Positions 1 through 13,633 are shown, numbered from the stretch's first letter. The stretch is DNA of 64,000 nt from Coraliomargaritaceae bacterium (GCA_965656495.1 CBFHKU010000001.1:210781-274780), one strand, 5' to 3'. The notes: generated from the letters alone by a model not told the origin. Numbers and translations are program-made.

Positions 1-12
1 GAATTCTTGGTA

Positions 13-798
13 CTATCCCTCTAGTGATTGGTTTTTGGGTTTATTTTGCTCAAAGTACTCATCGTATATACCTACACCTTTTGTAATATTTTCAATCCGC
101 AAAATTGAATCTCGTGCTTTCGCAGAACTGGTACGGATCTTTGTAGGATGTTTTATACCATCTACATCCGTATAATCTTCAAGCCATTTCGTCGCTACCA
201 TTGAGCCATCCTTTATTGTTTCTATTGATGATACAAAGAAATCCTTGTCGTTCAAAGAAACTACATAGTAATTATCCTTCGTTTTCCTTTCAGGGAAAAC
301 CGCAATCTTGTATTGGTAAGTGTTGTCAGGTCTCTTAACCGCTTCAGTGATCTCCAGTTTGTCGGCTGTCTGCATATAGTGCATGAGTTCGGGCAGGATG
401 ATTGACTCCGCAATTAAATCGTCGCGAGCACTATCATCCAGAGGCTTTTTGATGAGAGGCATGGTTCCGCTTGGGCGAATCGCCATCCAGGCATTCTCAT
501 TGTCCAAAGCGCGTATAAACTGCAATGTCTCATCTTCCTTTCCATATGGGACCGGCACAGTTAACGTTACGCGTATTTGTTTGGGTATTTTTTTGACCAT
601 TACGAAGTCGACCGGGCTATCGTCGCCCTGAGCGATAGTGCCGGAAAGCTTAATGCTGGCAACTTCATTCCACGAGCGCCAACCACCCATCGCAGTTACG
701 TGCCCTTGAAGGATTTTTCTCAGCTCCAATGCCTCACTGCGTCCGGTTGTAACCGTTACCGTGGCAAGAAAAGATAGTATTAATAATGATATCTTCAT
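13..798 (-). CDS. Secreted hypothetical protein, possibly LolA-like / outer-membrane lipoprotein-sorting fold
   Basis: 261-aa ORF with N-terminal signal peptide (MKISLLILSFLATVTVT); 'ILQGHVTAMGGWRSWNEVASIKLSGTI' and beta-rich C-terminus resemble LolA-like secreted proteins; AT-richer than the rest of the window. Confidence 0.6.
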   Translation of the reverse strand: MKISLLILSFLATVTVTTGRSEALELRKILQGHVTAMGGWRSWNEVASIKLSGTIAQGDDSPVDFVMVKKIPKQIRVTLTVPVPYGKEDETLQFIRALDNENAWMAIRPSGTMPLIKKPLDDSARDDLIAESIILPELMHYMQTADKLEITEAVKRPDNTYQYKIAVFPERKTKDNYYVVSLNDKDFFVSSIETIKDGSMVATKWLEDYTDVDGIKHPTKIRTSSAKARDSILRIENITKGVGIYDEYFEQNKPKNQSLEG

Positions 799-936
799 TT
801 TAAAATGCCTACATCAAAGTGAAGGCATAAATGTTTATCCAGTGTAATAATGTAAATTTAAGGTTACGCATGAACGATAAAATTTGCCTAAAGAAGCCTT
901 CCATTTTAGCTTTATTGGTAATTAAATATCTAGCTT

Positions 937-1719
937 ATGATAAAGTATATAACAGTGTTAATGGCCTTAGGCGTACAGGTAGCTCACTCCTCGGAGACGT
1001 TCAAAGAGCGAATCCTTCTTGCAGGTTGGGACTTTGCATCTCCATCCTCTATTTCTGTTGCTACTGTCAATTTCCACGCTGAGCGTGGAACGGGTGCTGG
1101 CGCCGCCACTTTGGAGACTACGGGTCGATTTGGATCAACGCCAATGCGGCAGATTGGTGAACCCAAGCCTCAAGTAAGATTTATTGGTCACGGTCGAAAA
1201 GCGACCGCACCGCAGGCAAATGCAAACTTTGATAAATCCTGGACTTCCTTTCCCCCGGCGGTCGGTAACGGGCAACAATGCTTAGCTTTCTTGAATTTTT
1301 CTGAAGACTTTAGTTTTGTTTTAAAATTGGCAAGCTTGCCGGAACTGTACAGTCGTCATCAGTTGCTGGTTATGTTTGATTGGTTTAATTCGGTAAGCAC
1401 AGGTGCTCCTCTCGGTGACTTTCTAAATATTTCCTACAGCAGCGATGGCGTAAGTTGGACGGCTTACAAGCCCAATGGAGTCAATTCTTTACTGGCGCCG
1501 GAAACTTACTTTGCCTTTGAAAGTACCGATCGTTGGGCCTCATCCAATGAGAAAAGCGCGATACACAAAATGCTTGATGGACAGGAAAACAGTAACCTTG
1601 TTTTGCCCGCGAAAGTTAACAATCAGCCGATCACTTTTATTCGTTTTGAAGTCACTGCGCCGGAAACTCCCAAGGGGATGACGTGCTTTGACAACCTTGC
1701 GGTTTACCTCGTTAAGTAA
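937..1719 (+). CDS. Secreted hypothetical protein
   Basis: 260-aa ORF, signal peptide MIKYITVLMALGVQVAHS, beta-strand-rich (AGWDF, ISYSSDGVSW, FDNLAV); divergent from 13..798. Confidence 0.65.
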   Translation: MIKYITVLMALGVQVAHSSETFKERILLAGWDFASPSSISVATVNFHAERGTGAGAATLETTGRFGSTPMRQIGEPKPQVRFIGHGRKATAPQANANFDKSWTSFPPAVGNGQQCLAFLNFSEDFSFVLKLASLPELYSRHQLLVMFDWFNSVSTGAPLGDFLNISYSSDGVSWTAYKPNGVNSLLAPETYFAFESTDRWASSNEKSAIHKMLDGQENSNLVLPAKVNNQPITFIRFEVTAPETPKGMTCFDNLAVYLVK

Positions 1720-1848
1720 GCGCCGCAGGGTTTAATTCTGACTCTTGGCGGCGCGTGATCCGGTTCCCGTGTAGCGGGCCCGGTCATGTCGCTTCGTTCG
1801 GAACACCGAACGCGCCGGAGGGGTTAACCCTGACTCTTGGCGGCGCGT
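1720..1848. repeat. 37-bp imperfect direct repeat (1720-1756 / 1812-1848) duplicating the 3' end of the TPR gene
   Basis: GCGCCGCAGGGTTTAATTCTGACTCTTGGCGGCGCGT vs GCGCCGGAGGGGTTAACCCTGACTCTTGGCGGCGCGT, 33/37 identical. Confidence 0.85.
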
Positions 1849-3197
1849 TCCACGCGGGCGGTGTAGTCCTCGAGGTTCTGCTCGGGTTTAAGTTGGAGGG
1901 CGCGTTTGAGGAGGGGGAGGGCATCGCGGTATTTGGCGTTGCGGACGAGGGTTTGACCGTGGGCGATGAGGGCCTGGCGTTCGAAGGCGTTGATCTTGGC
2001 GGCTTGTTCGTAGCGGTTGATGGCCTCGGGAAGCATGTCCTTGTCGGCGTAGTAGTTTGCGAGCTCGATGATTGCTTCGCCGTTGAGGGCGTCGCGTTCG
2101 ACGATCTTGTTGAGGATCACCACGGCGGCATCATCATTGCCCTCGGCGCGGGCAATCTTGGCTTCCTGATTGAGGAGTTCAAGGTCCTGCTCAGGGCTCA
2201 GAGTAAGCGCGTTATTTTTGCGGATGTCTTTAATGAGGTTGGCGGCCTGCTCGAAGTTGGTGGAGCGGGTGAGGATGTTGGTGGCGCGGAGGAGGGCATC
2301 GACATCCTGCGGTTGTGCCATCTCGACCGCGCTGAGGTAGGCGTCAAGGGCAAGGTCGGGAATGGTGTTGTTCATGTAGATGTCGCCGAGAAGGGTGAGG
2401 GTGGAGAGCTCGGCTTTGCCCATGCGGCGGACGACTTCAAGGTTTTGCGCGGCGCGGAGGGATTGTTCGTTGCCGATGAAGGCGTTGCTCTGGAGGAGCC
2501 AGAAGTCGCTGTTGTCGGGCTCGTCTTGTAGGAGGGTGTCAAAAAGGCTGATGGCTTCGTTGTAGCGTTCGGTTTCGAGGAGGCAACGGGCGAGGCCGAT
2601 TTTCCAGTCTTTCTGGTCGGGTTGAATGAGGATGGCCTGGCGGTAGGCTGCTTCGGCGGGGTAGTATTTGCCTTCGGTGAGGTATCCGTAAGCGAGGAGG
2701 CCGTAGGCGCGTCCGTCGACTTCACCGAGTTCGAGGGCTTTGGCGATGCTGGGGATGGCGTCCTTGAAGTTGCCGCCTTGAACCTGCACGAGGCCGAGGT
2801 TTTTGTAGGCGCGGCGGAAGTTGGGGTATTTTTTGACGGCGGTTTTGTAGAATTGTTCAGCCTCTTTGAGGTTGCCTTCCTGGAAGTAGAGGTTGGCGAG
2901 GATGAAATCGAAGGCGGCGCTGCTGCTGGTCTTAACCTGAGGGCGGAGCTGGGCGATCGCGGCCTTGGGGCTGGCTTTGATGAGGTCGATCAAAGCGCGG
3001 AGGGCTTCCTTTTCCTCGTCGGAAATTTTCGGCTCGTATCCGATGAGGAAGGCATAGCTGCCGATGAAGGTTTTGACGAATTCGGGATCATTCCAAAGTT
3101 CGGCGCCGGGATTTGTGGCGGAGCGCTGGGCGTGGAGGCTGGAGGCGTTGAGCGCCAGTCCGAGGACCAGAAGGAGGAGGCAGTGGATCGTTTTCAT
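1824..3197 (-). CDS. Secreted tetratricopeptide-repeat protein (TtpD-like, TonB operon)
   Basis: Signal peptide, multiple TPR motifs ([19 protein letters not shown]...), last gene of a tonB/exb cluster. Confidence 0.9.
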   Translation of the reverse strand: MKTIHCLLLLVLGLALNASSLHAQRSATNPGAELWNDPEFVKTFIGSYAFLIGYEPKISDEEKEALRALIDLIKASPKAAIAQLRPQVKTSSSAAFDFILANLYFQEGNLKEAEQFYKTAVKKYPNFRRAYKNLGLVQVQGGNFKDAIPSIAKALELGEVDGRAYGLLAYGYLTEGKYYPAEAAYRQAILIQPDQKDWKIGLARCLLETERYNEAISLFDTLLQDEPDNSDFWLLQSNAFIGNEQSLRAAQNLEVVRRMGKAELSTLTLLGDIYMNNTIPDLALDAYLSAVEMAQPQDVDALLRATNILTRSTNFEQAANLIKDIRKNNALTLSPEQDLELLNQEAKIARAEGNDDAAVVILNKIVERDALNGEAIIELANYYADKDMLPEAINRYEQAAKINAFERQALIAHGQTLVRNAKYRDALPLLKRALQLKPEQNLEDYTARVERAAKSQG

Positions 3198-3226
3198 GCT
3201 GTTCTTGGATTTGTGGAAATTAATAT

Positions 3227-3886
3227 TTAACTAATGGTGTAAGGGATGGTGACGCGGGTACGGGTCTTGACTTTGCGTCCGTCTTTTTCGCCGGGGGTGA
3301 ATTTCCAGCCGCGGATCGCGTCGATGGTGGGTTTCTCAAAGACGGGGTCGGAGGAGCGGGTGATGGTCACCTGCATGACGTCGCCTTTTTCGTCGATAAT
3401 GAACTCAGCGGTAACGCGGCCCTGCAGGCCTTGGCGGCGGGCGGCGGGCGGGTAGCGGGGGGAGCCCTGGCGGCGGGGCATCGGTTTGTTTTCGAGGTCA
3501 TTGATGTCAAAGATATCGAGTCCGCCGAGATCCTTGGCATTTACGTCAAAAGTGGGGAGGGCAAAGTCTCCGGCGAGGGAACCACCGGTGCCGGGTTCAA
3601 GCGCCATGTCGAGTTGCTCAAGGGAAATGGGTGGCGGTGGGGTTTCGAGCTCAGGGGGCGGCTCTTCCTCTTCCGGTTCCGGCGGCGGGGGTGGTTCCTC
3701 GGGCGGCGGTGGTGGAGGCGGCGGCGCGATCTCTAGTCCTTCGATGGATTCAGGCGCCTTCTCGTACTCCATGAAGAGCTGCGTCAAGGGAATCGCCAGA
3801 AAGAGGAGAAAGCTGATGGCAATGCCAAACTGAGCACTCTTTCGGAGTGTGTCTTTACCTTTGGGCGGGTGGTAAACTTTGGCCAT
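3227..3886 (-). CDS. tonB: Energy transducer TonB
   Basis: N-terminal TM helix, Pro/Glu-rich linker, C-terminal YPxxARRxGxQGxV...WKFxP domain. Confidence 0.92.
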   Translation of the reverse strand: MAKVYHPPKGKDTLRKSAQFGIAISFLLFLAIPLTQLFMEYEKAPESIEGLEIAPPPPPPPPEEPPPPPEPEEEEPPPELETPPPPISLEQLDMALEPGTGGSLAGDFALPTFDVNAKDLGGLDIFDINDLENKPMPRRQGSPRYPPAARRQGLQGRVTAEFIIDEKGDVMQVTITRSSDPVFEKPTIDAIRGWKFTPGEKDGRKVKTRTRVTIPYTIS

Positions 3887-3909
3887 GAAAAGAGGAGCAG
3901 CGCTGGGAT

Positions 3910-4308
3910 CTAGCGTTTGGTGGAGAAATTGATGGATTTGGCGCCGGCGAGTTTGGCTTCGCCATAGACGCGGGCAAAGATGCCGTGGTTGGCGCCTTCA
4001 TCCGCTTGGATGATGACGGGGAGGTCTTCGTTGAGGGTGAGGCGTTTCACGATGGGGGAGACGCCGCTGATGCCGATATCGCGCCCGCCATAAATGACTT
4101 TGTTGTCTTTTGTGACGGCGATGAGGATGCTGTTTTTCTCGAGTTGGACAGCTGCGGCGGCTTCGGGTTTGTTGACCTCGACCCCGGTTTCCTCGACGAA
4201 GACGGTGGTCACGATGAAAAAGATGAGGAGGATGAAGACCATGTCGATCATGGGCGAGAGGTTGATCTCGACATTATCGTTGTCGTCGGAGGCAAGGTTG
4301 CGGCGCAT
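3910..4308 (-). CDS. exbD: Biopolymer transport protein ExbD
   Basis: [22 protein letters not shown] motif; VIIQAD motif. Confidence 0.93.
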   Translation of the reverse strand: MRRNLASDDNDNVEINLSPMIDMVFILLIFFIVTTVFVEETGVEVNKPEAAAAVQLEKNSILIAVTKDNKVIYGGRDIGISGVSPIVKRLTLNEDLPVIIQADEGANHGIFARVYGEAKLAGAKSINFSTKR

Positions 4309-4351
4309 GGTATTGGAGTTTGAAGTTTGTCGTTTGGAAGACCTCGATTGA

Positions 4352-4954
4352 TTAATCGAGTTTTAATTTGGTAAGGCTGATGGATTCGATGCGGGCAAGG
4401 GCGGCTTCAACGGCGTGCTTGCGGCGGCGAATGATGAGCGTCAGGAAGATGCCCGGGAGGGCTATAAAGAGTCCGGTTTGGGTGGTTATGAGGGCCTCGG
4501 AAATACCTTCGGCAACTTTGGCAGCGGTTTCGGAGCCACCGCCACTGGAGATTGCGGCAAAGGTCCCCAGCATACCGATGACGGTCCCGAGGAGCCCCAT
4601 GAGCGGTGCGGCGGCGACGAGGGTGGTGAGAAAGATGAGGCGGCGCTCGATGTTATGGAGCATGGACTGCCGGATTTCCTCGAAGCGGTTGCGCACATGC
4701 TTGGAGCTGGAGACGTTGTCCTGGGTATAGCGGATGATTTCGCCGACGCGCCCGGAAGCCTTTTGCGGTTGGTCGACCCAATTGTTCCATTCATCTTCAC
4801 GGCCGAGCTGGATATTTCCTTTGCTCAGGAACAGGAGGAGTTGGATGCCATTGGTGTAGATAAGGAGCGCCAGCAGGAAGAGGGGCACCATGACCCATCC
4901 GCCGCTTTTCCAGATGTCAGCGCATTTAAAGAATATATCTAAGATGGAATCCAT
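4352..4954 (-). CDS. exbB: MotA/TolQ/ExbB proton channel protein
   Basis: [13 protein letters not shown]...[13 protein letters not shown] motif. Confidence 0.9.
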   Translation of the reverse strand: MDSILDIFFKCADIWKSGGWVMVPLFLLALLIYTNGIQLLLFLSKGNIQLGREDEWNNWVDQPQKASGRVGEIIRYTQDNVSSSKHVRNRFEEIRQSMLHNIERRLIFLTTLVAAAPLMGLLGTVIGMLGTFAAISSGGGSETAAKVAEGISEALITTQTGLFIALPGIFLTLIIRRRKHAVEAALARIESISLTKLKLD

Positions 4955-4981
4955 AGAACCCGTAGGTTGAAGGCCGGAGCG

Positions 4982-6385
<1,404 letters not shown>

Positions 6386-6406
6386 GGTGCTGCTTAAAGT
6401 TGGGCG

Positions 6407-7168
6407 TTATTGGATGCTGGCAGGGATTTCAACAAACTGGATTTCTTCGATTCCTTCGTAGATATCGAGGAGTCGCTTGATTTCTGGTCCGACACCTTCG
6501 ATTTGTGTCCATTCCCAGGAATCGGCGCCGGGCTTGCCAACACCGGCGTAGGAACCAGAGTTGTCAACGAAGTAGGCTTGGGCGAGGCCCCAGTAGAGGG
6601 TCGTGACTTGCACGACTTTGCCCTCGGCGATTTCGCGGGATTCGTTGCTTAGGGTGATGGTCGAGTTGAATTTATCTGCCTGGCTCAGGATGCCGACGAC
6701 ATTTTGAACGCGCTCACCGAGGGAGAGTTTGGTGTTATTCGAATCGTTGGGGAGGCGGCGAATGAGGGGTTTGATTTTTTCCACAAGCGGCTCGGGGAGG
6801 GTCGCGAGGATCGCTTTAACCTTTGTTTCGAGCGCTCCAATATTTGCTTTAACCACCGAGGCGGCGGCGGTTTGTCTATCCTTTTCCTCTGAAAGGGCAG
6901 CGCGGTCCGCGTCGGCGGCGGTCGCGGATGCTTCGAGGTCGTCAATCGCGGCATTCATCCGGTCCAACTCTCTTTGAAGCAGCACTTGGGTGTCTTCCAG
7001 GATGGACTTTTCCAGACGCCAGTCGCTTTTTTCCTCGGAGAGGATTTGCTTGGTTTCAACCCACTGGTCGAGGACATTACGGGTTTCCCCGATGGGGTCA
7101 TCGCCATATGCCGGAAGGATGCAAACTGCGGCTGCAATTGCACAGATGAATTTGTTTTTAGTTTTCAT
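6407..7168 (-). CDS. DUF3450-like periplasmic coiled-coil protein (TtpB-like)
   Basis: Signal peptide, coiled coil, position at head of the exbB/exbD/tonB/TPR operon. Confidence 0.75.
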   Translation of the reverse strand: MKTKNKFICAIAAAVCILPAYGDDPIGETRNVLDQWVETKQILSEEKSDWRLEKSILEDTQVLLQRELDRMNAAIDDLEASATAADADRAALSEEKDRQTAAASVVKANIGALETKVKAILATLPEPLVEKIKPLIRRLPNDSNNTKLSLGERVQNVVGILSQADKFNSTITLSNESREIAEGKVVQVTTLYWGLAQAYFVDNSGSYAGVGKPGADSWEWTQIEGVGPEIKRLLDIYEGIEEIQFVEIPASIQ

Positions 7169-7240
7169 GAATTTTGTTTTGGGCTCAAATTTGTGCTTTA
7201 GAGGGGTGCTGAGTCTAAATCGCTTAATTAAAATGGGTTA

Positions 7241-8095
7241 CTAATCCTCATCTGTTTCCTCGTCTTCTTCCACGGGCAACAGTTCGGGTGTAGTAATTTT
7301 TGCATCCGAATTTTTCAAGTTTCTTTTTTCTTTCTCGTCGAGCAGTTGGCAAAATTGCTTGTAGTCGATGATTTCGATCTGCTCGTCTTCATGCTCCACA
7401 ATGGCGGTTAGTGATTCCACCCAGTCGCCGGAGTTGAGGTAATGGATTCCCTCAATCATTTTGTCATCGGGGGTATGGATATGCCCGCATATAATGCCTT
7501 GGCAATCGCGGCGCTGAGCGAAGTTTTGAAGTTGGTCCTCATATTTGCCAACAAAGCTGACCGCGCTCTTCACTTTGGCTTTGATGACTTTGCTGAGGGA
7601 AAAATACTCTTTGCCGCGCCAGGAACGGTAATGGTTGTAAAGTCGGTTGATCTTGAGGAGGGTCTGGTAGCCGATGTCGCCCAAGACTGCCAGCCACTTG
7701 TGATTGACGGTCACGGCGTCAAAGCCGTCGCCGTGGACGACCAAATATTTGCGGTCCCGGCTCTCGAAAAAATATTCGTCTACAATGCGGAGTTTGCCGA
7801 AGTACAGCGGCAGGAAGCGGGAGAGGACGTCGTCATGATTGCCGCGCACGTAGATGACCTCGGTGCCGTATTTCTCGATTTTCTTGAGGATGAGTCGAAC
7901 AAAGCGGGTGTGTTTCTTGGTCCAGCCCCCTTTGCGGGCGAGGCTCCAGCCGTCAATGATATCGCCATTGAGGATGAGTCGCTCGCAATGGGTGTGTTTC
8001 ATGAAATGATTCACTTCATCAATTTTGCAATCCAGGGTGCCCAAATGAACATCCGAGAGAATAATTGTTTTGAAGCTGAGTGTGGTTCGTTTCAC
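7241..8095 (-). CDS. Calcineurin-like metallophosphoesterase (UDP-2,3-diacylglucosamine hydrolase family)
   Basis: SDVHLG, GDIIDGW, GNHD, HGD, CGHIH, NSGDW motifs. Confidence 0.88.
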   Translation of the reverse strand: MKRTTLSFKTIILSDVHLGTLDCKIDEVNHFMKHTHCERLILNGDIIDGWSLARKGGWTKKHTRFVRLILKKIEKYGTEVIYVRGNHDDVLSRFLPLYFGKLRIVDEYFFESRDRKYLVVHGDGFDAVTVNHKWLAVLGDIGYQTLLKINRLYNHYRSWRGKEYFSLSKVIKAKVKSAVSFVGKYEDQLQNFAQRRDCQGIICGHIHTPDDKMIEGIHYLNSGDWVESLTAIVEHEDEQIEIIDYKQFCQLLDEKEKRNLKNSDAKITTPELLPVEEDEETDED

Positions 8096-8265
8096 AAGAT
8101 TTGCAGTGCGAGGGAGTGTTTCTATCGGTGACGAGATTGAGGCAAAATTGTGAGGAGACCAAGCGGTTTGTTGGGTTTATAAGAAAATTTCGCACAATAG
8201 TAACAATTGCGGGGTGAATAAACTGCTGCCTTGCGGTTGAGCGGGCTTTCCGCAGTAAGTGAGGC

Positions 8266-9012
8266 ATGGCAATTTTATGGCAGCATCATACCGGGACGGA
8301 TTATTACGAGGTCCGGCAGGCCGGTTCGAGCGTGCGGCTGTATCGAAACGGCGTGCACCATTCGCAATGGAATCCGCGGCGTCCTTTGGCGGGCAGTGTG
8401 TGGGATTTGTTGGCCTTACCGGCGCTGCACCGGGCGGCGGGGGCGGTGGATTCTTGCTGCGTGCTGGGTTTTGGTGCCGGGGCGGTAGCGGGGGTTTTGC
8501 GTGCCGCCGCCGGGGTAGAGTCAATCCTGGGAGTGGAGCTGGACCCGATGCATTTATCGGTGGCAGATGGATTTTTTGAATGCGCGGAGGGCTGTGAATT
8601 GGTGGCGGGTGACGCGGTTGAATGGGTGCGAGCGCACGAGGGGATGGGCCGCTTTGATATGGTGATTGATGATTTATACGGGGAACTGGAGGGTGAGCCG
8701 GTGCGCTATGCGGCGATGGATTTAGAATGGTTTAACGGTCTTGCGGGTTTGCTGCGCTCGGGCGGGATGCTCGTTTTGAATTTGGTGGAACCTGATAAAG
8801 TGCCGTATTTGCCGCCCATGCGGGATGCGGCGCTCGGGGCGCGTTTCCCGCATCGCAAGGTCTTTTGGCTCGAGGGTTACGAGAACCGGGTGGTGGTTTT
8901 CAGTGAAAGCCCCTTGGAGGAGGATATTTTTAAGGCGCGTTTAAAAGACTTGTGCCGGGCTTTCCCGGGATGTCATGGGGTGGGTCGCCGCTACCGGATG
9001 AAGGATTTGTAG
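8266..9012 (+). CDS. Spermidine-synthase-like class I SAM-dependent methyltransferase
   Basis: VLGFGAG, VELDP, GDA, FDMVIDD motifs. Confidence 0.8.
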   Translation: MAILWQHHTGTDYYEVRQAGSSVRLYRNGVHHSQWNPRRPLAGSVWDLLALPALHRAAGAVDSCCVLGFGAGAVAGVLRAAAGVESILGVELDPMHLSVADGFFECAEGCELVAGDAVEWVRAHEGMGRFDMVIDDLYGELEGEPVRYAAMDLEWFNGLAGLLRSGGMLVLNLVEPDKVPYLPPMRDAALGARFPHRKVFWLEGYENRVVVFSESPLEEDIFKARLKDLCRAFPGCHGVGRRYRMKDL

Positions 9013-9023
9013 CGCCGGGAGCT

Positions 9024-10718
9024 CTAGATGTTGCCTTCGTCGCTTTCGATTTCGGCGTAACGCATGACTTCCTCCAGGGTGGTTTGACCGCTTTTAATAT
9101 GTGCCCAGCCGCTGCGCATCAGGGTATTCATGCCTTGCTCGATGGCGGTTTGGCGAATTTTTCGGGCAGAGGCGCGTTGGACAATATGTTCATGGATTTC
9201 TTCTGTTACGCGGAGGATTTCGAAGATCCCGATGCGGCCGCGGAAGCCGAGTTTGCGGCAACGCTCGCAACCGACGGCGGTTTTGGCGAGGTGGCCAAAG
9301 CGTGCTTCGGATGGATCAATCTGCATGGTGGCGAGGCAGCTTTCAAGATGGAGGGCTTCGTAATTGGCGGGCTGCGCGCAATGGGGGCAGAGGCGGCGGA
9401 CGAGGCGCTGGGCAACGATCATTTCGACAGAGGATGCTATCAGGAAGGGCTCGATGTCCATGTCGATGAGGCGGGTGAGGGCGCCGGGGGCATCATTCGT
9501 ATGGAGCGTGCTGAGGACGAGGTGTCCGGTCAGGGAGGCACGGATGGCGATGTCGGCGGTTTCGCGGTCACGGATTTCCCCGACCATGATGACGTCGGGG
9601 TCCTGACGAAGGACGGAGCGGAGTGCTTTAGCGAAGGTGAGGCCGATTTCGGGGTGGACCTGGGTCTGGTTGACGCCGGAGACTTCGTATTCAACGGGAT
9701 CCTCCACGGTAATAATGCGACGCTCGGGTTTGTTGATAAGCCGAATATAGGCGGTCAGGGAAGTGGATTTACCGGAACCGGTGGGGCCGGTAACAAGGAT
9801 GATGCCGTGGGGGGAGGCAAGGGCACGGGTGAGTTTTTGTTCTTCGTCCTGAGCGAGGCCGAGCTCAATCATGGAGAGGGGTTTGGATTTTTGGCTCAGG
9901 AGGCGAAGGCTCACGCTTTCGCCATACATGGTGGGGAAGGTGGAGATACGGATATCGAGCTCGCTGTTGCCTGCGCCAAAGGCGATACGCCCGTCCTGGG
10001 GGCGGCGCTTTTCAGAGATGTTAAGCTTCGCCATGATCTTGAGGCGTGAGATAATGGCGCCCTGAAATTTGATGAGGTTGTCCGGCACGCGCACCGCAAC
10101 CAGTTCGCCGTCGATCCGGTAGCGAATCTGAAGCTCGTCGCGGAGGGGCTCAAAATGAATATCGGTGGCGCGGTCGTTGACGGCTTTTTGTACGACTTCA
10201 TTGACGAAGCGAATAACGGCGGCGTCCTCGTCTTCTTCGGTTTCAAGGTCGGTTTCCTCGGTCAGGATATCGGATTCGTCGAGGGAGTCGGCGCCCACTC
10301 CAAAGTTTTGGGTAATGGTATTGTTGACCATTTCGGGGTTGCCGAGGAGCCATTCGGGTTGCCTGCCGCAGGTCGCGTAAATCCAGCGATCCATGCTGGA
10401 ATCCGGTGGCCAAAGGGTGACGAGGCGGAGGGGTGCCTCGGGATCTTCCTGCGCGTCGTCGGAATCATTTTGAGCGGCGATAGGGAGGCACTGATAGGCG
10501 TGAATGAGGCGCAGTGGAATGGCGGCGGTCGGGTTGTCGAGCAACTCGATTTCGTTGAGGAGGGGAAGTTTGCAGGATTGGGCAAGTTCTTCCAGTAAGC
10601 GGTTGGTGGGCTGATTGCGGCGGGTGGCAATTTGCTCAAGGCGTTCAGCACGCGGGAGCGCTTCGATTTCCTGACGGTCGCTTTCGCTGAGTTCCGCGTA
10701 TAAATTGCTATAGTCCAT
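9024..10718 (-). CDS. GspE/PilB family type II secretion / type IV pilus ATPase
   Basis: [13 protein letters not shown], Walker [38 protein letters not shown], two CxxC. Confidence 0.93.
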   Translation of the reverse strand: MDYSNLYAELSESDRQEIEALPRAERLEQIATRRNQPTNRLLEELAQSCKLPLLNEIELLDNPTAAIPLRLIHAYQCLPIAAQNDSDDAQEDPEAPLRLVTLWPPDSSMDRWIYATCGRQPEWLLGNPEMVNNTITQNFGVGADSLDESDILTEETDLETEEDEDAAVIRFVNEVVQKAVNDRATDIHFEPLRDELQIRYRIDGELVAVRVPDNLIKFQGAIISRLKIMAKLNISEKRRPQDGRIAFGAGNSELDIRISTFPTMYGESVSLRLLSQKSKPLSMIELGLAQDEEQKLTRALASPHGIILVTGPTGSGKSTSLTAYIRLINKPERRIITVEDPVEYEVSGVNQTQVHPEIGLTFAKALRSVLRQDPDVIMVGEIRDRETADIAIRASLTGHLVLSTLHTNDAPGALTRLIDMDIEPFLIASSVEMIVAQRLVRRLCPHCAQPANYEALHLESCLATMQIDPSEARFGHLAKTAVGCERCRKLGFRGRIGIFEILRVTEEIHEHIVQRASARKIRQTAIEQGMNTLMRSGWAHIKSGQTTLEEVMRYAEIESDEGNI

Positions 10719-10777
10719 GTCGGGTTTCCAAGGGTAGTGGATAGGCTAATGTTTCGTTTGGGGCAATAGTTAAAGCG

Positions 10778-11797
<1,020 letters not shown>

Positions 11798-11885
11798 CGG
11801 CAGTCTTTTGATGAAGCAGGTCGGGAGTGGCGGGGCAACGTTGAACATGCTTGCGGTGCACGGTTTTGCATATTTGCTAACTGCT

Positions 11886-12875
11886 ATGCCTAAGAAACGG
11901 AGCACGCAGACAGAGGACGAGGGGCCAAAGGCCAAGACGATGTATACCCTGAAGCTGGACTCGGAGCAATTGGACAAACTGGGGGACTATCTGGAGGCGG
12001 GTCATCAAGGGCCTTGGTTTCATTACGACGTGGCTTACTCGCTTTTTGCTTTTAAGGGAGAGAAGGTGAATGTGGTGGGTTACCAGAGCGGTAAGTTGGT
12101 GGTTTCGGGCAAGAAGACGGAGGATTTCGTGCGTGACATATTGGAGGCTGAGATCACGGGTGAGGCGCGGTTGGGATACGAGGCGGTGCACAATCCCGAG
12201 TGGTTTGAATTACATGCGGGCTGTGATGAGAGCGGGAAGGGTGATTTGTTCGGGCCCTTGGTGACGGCCTGCGTTGTGGCGGATGGTGATATGGTGCGGG
12301 CTTGGATGGAGCTTGGGGTGGCGGACAGTAAGAAACTGAGTGATCGCAGTATTTTAAAATTGGATAAGGAGATTCGTAAAACCAAGGGGGTGGTGGTGCA
12401 GACCGCGTTTGCGCGCATGCCGAAATATAACGAGCTCTATAATAAATTCGGGCGCAATTTGAACAAACTGCTAGCTTGGTTTCATGGGAAGTCGCTGAAC
12501 GCGGCGCTGGATGAACGGGCGGCGCCTTGGGGTTTGCTGGACCAATTCACAAAGCAGAAGTTGGTCGATGCCTACGTGAAGGAACGGACGGACTTTCGAT
12601 TGGAGAGCCGCACGAAGGCGGAATCGGATCCGGTGGTAGCGGCGGCATCGATTGTAGCGCGGGCAGTATACGTGCGGGAGATGAAACGCCTTTCGGATGA
12701 AGCGGGGGTCACGCTGGTAAAAGGCGCGAGCGGCAAAGTGTTGGAGCAGGCGAAGTCGATTGTGGCGGACAAGGGTGCCTCCGCGCTTGGAGACTTTGCG
12801 AAAATGCATTTCAAGACGGCCTATGAAGCGCAGGGCCTGGAGCCGCCAGCAAAACCGGCATGGTCGAAGTATTGA
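11886..12875 (+). CDS. rnhC: Ribonuclease HIII
   Basis: TBP-like N-terminal part (YQSGKLVVSGK), GCDESGKGDLFGPLV, DSKKL, DQF, VAAASIVAR; start trimmed to MPKKRS. Confidence 0.88.
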   Translation: MPKKRSTQTEDEGPKAKTMYTLKLDSEQLDKLGDYLEAGHQGPWFHYDVAYSLFAFKGEKVNVVGYQSGKLVVSGKKTEDFVRDILEAEITGEARLGYEAVHNPEWFELHAGCDESGKGDLFGPLVTACVVADGDMVRAWMELGVADSKKLSDRSILKLDKEIRKTKGVVVQTAFARMPKYNELYNKFGRNLNKLLAWFHGKSLNAALDERAAPWGLLDQFTKQKLVDAYVKERTDFRLESRTKAESDPVVAAASIVARAVYVREMKRLSDEAGVTLVKGASGKVLEQAKSIVADKGASALGDFAKMHFKTAYEAQGLEPPAKPAWSKY

Positions 12876-13585
12876 TGAATGATCTGCAAAAGCACGACGC
12901 TTGTGAACTGGGGTCGTTGGATCATCTGATTGGGGTGGACGAGGCAGGGCGTGGTTGCCTGGCGGGGCCGGTGGTGGCAGGGGCCTGCGTTGTGGAGCGG
13001 GGGTTCTTTGACTCGGCGGAGCTTTTAAGGCGCACGGCGGGTATCAATGATTCCAAGCAGATGGGAGCGCCGGAAAGGGAAGGGCTGTTTGAGGTAATGG
13101 AGGAGTTGCGGGCGGATGGCTGCTTGGATTTTGCGGTGGCGGAGGGATCGGTTGAATGGATCGAGGAGCGTAATATCTTGGGCGCGACGCGGGCAGCGAT
13201 GCAGGCGGCGCTGGAGGAATTGTCAGCCCGTGCAGGGGAATGGACTTTGCCGCTGGCGGCGGCAGGGCCGCTCTTTGAGAATGGAGACGCGGCGGGGGTA
13301 GGCATTTTGGTGGATGGGCGTCCTTTGAAGCCGTTTCCGTATAAACACACGGCCTTGGTTAAGGGAGACGGTCGGTCCTTGGTCATTGCGATGGCAAGTA
13401 TCGCGGCAAAGGTGAGCCGGGATCGAGCGATGGCGGCGTTGGAGCAGGAATATCCGGGCTATGGCTTTGCGCAGCACAAGGGTTACGGAACCGCGATCCA
13501 CCGTGCTGCTTTAAAGGAACTGGGTCCCTGTGCGGCACACCGGAAACTTTTCCTGCGCAAGGTGCTTTGCGCGGGGGATGATTGA
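12875..13585 (+). CDS. rnhB: Ribonuclease HII
   Basis: GVDEAGRGCLAGPV, DSK, DG, ASIAAKVSRD, YGFAQHKGYGT; TGATG overlap with rnhC. Confidence 0.92.
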   Translation: MNDLQKHDACELGSLDHLIGVDEAGRGCLAGPVVAGACVVERGFFDSAELLRRTAGINDSKQMGAPEREGLFEVMEELRADGCLDFAVAEGSVEWIEERNILGATRAAMQAALEELSARAGEWTLPLAAAGPLFENGDAAGVGILVDGRPLKPFPYKHTALVKGDGRSLVIAMASIAAKVSRDRAMAALEQEYPGYGFAQHKGYGTAIHRAALKELGPCAAHRKLFLRKVLCAGDD

Positions 13586-13633
13586 GGCTTGCGCGATTTG
13601 TTATTATTGGAGTTTTAATTATAGCTGCTAATA

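Noticed and set aside
1755..3230. Plus-strand ORFs of 258 and 202 aa overlapping the TPR gene
   Set aside because: Antisense shadows of a clear TPR gene in a coherent minus-strand operon
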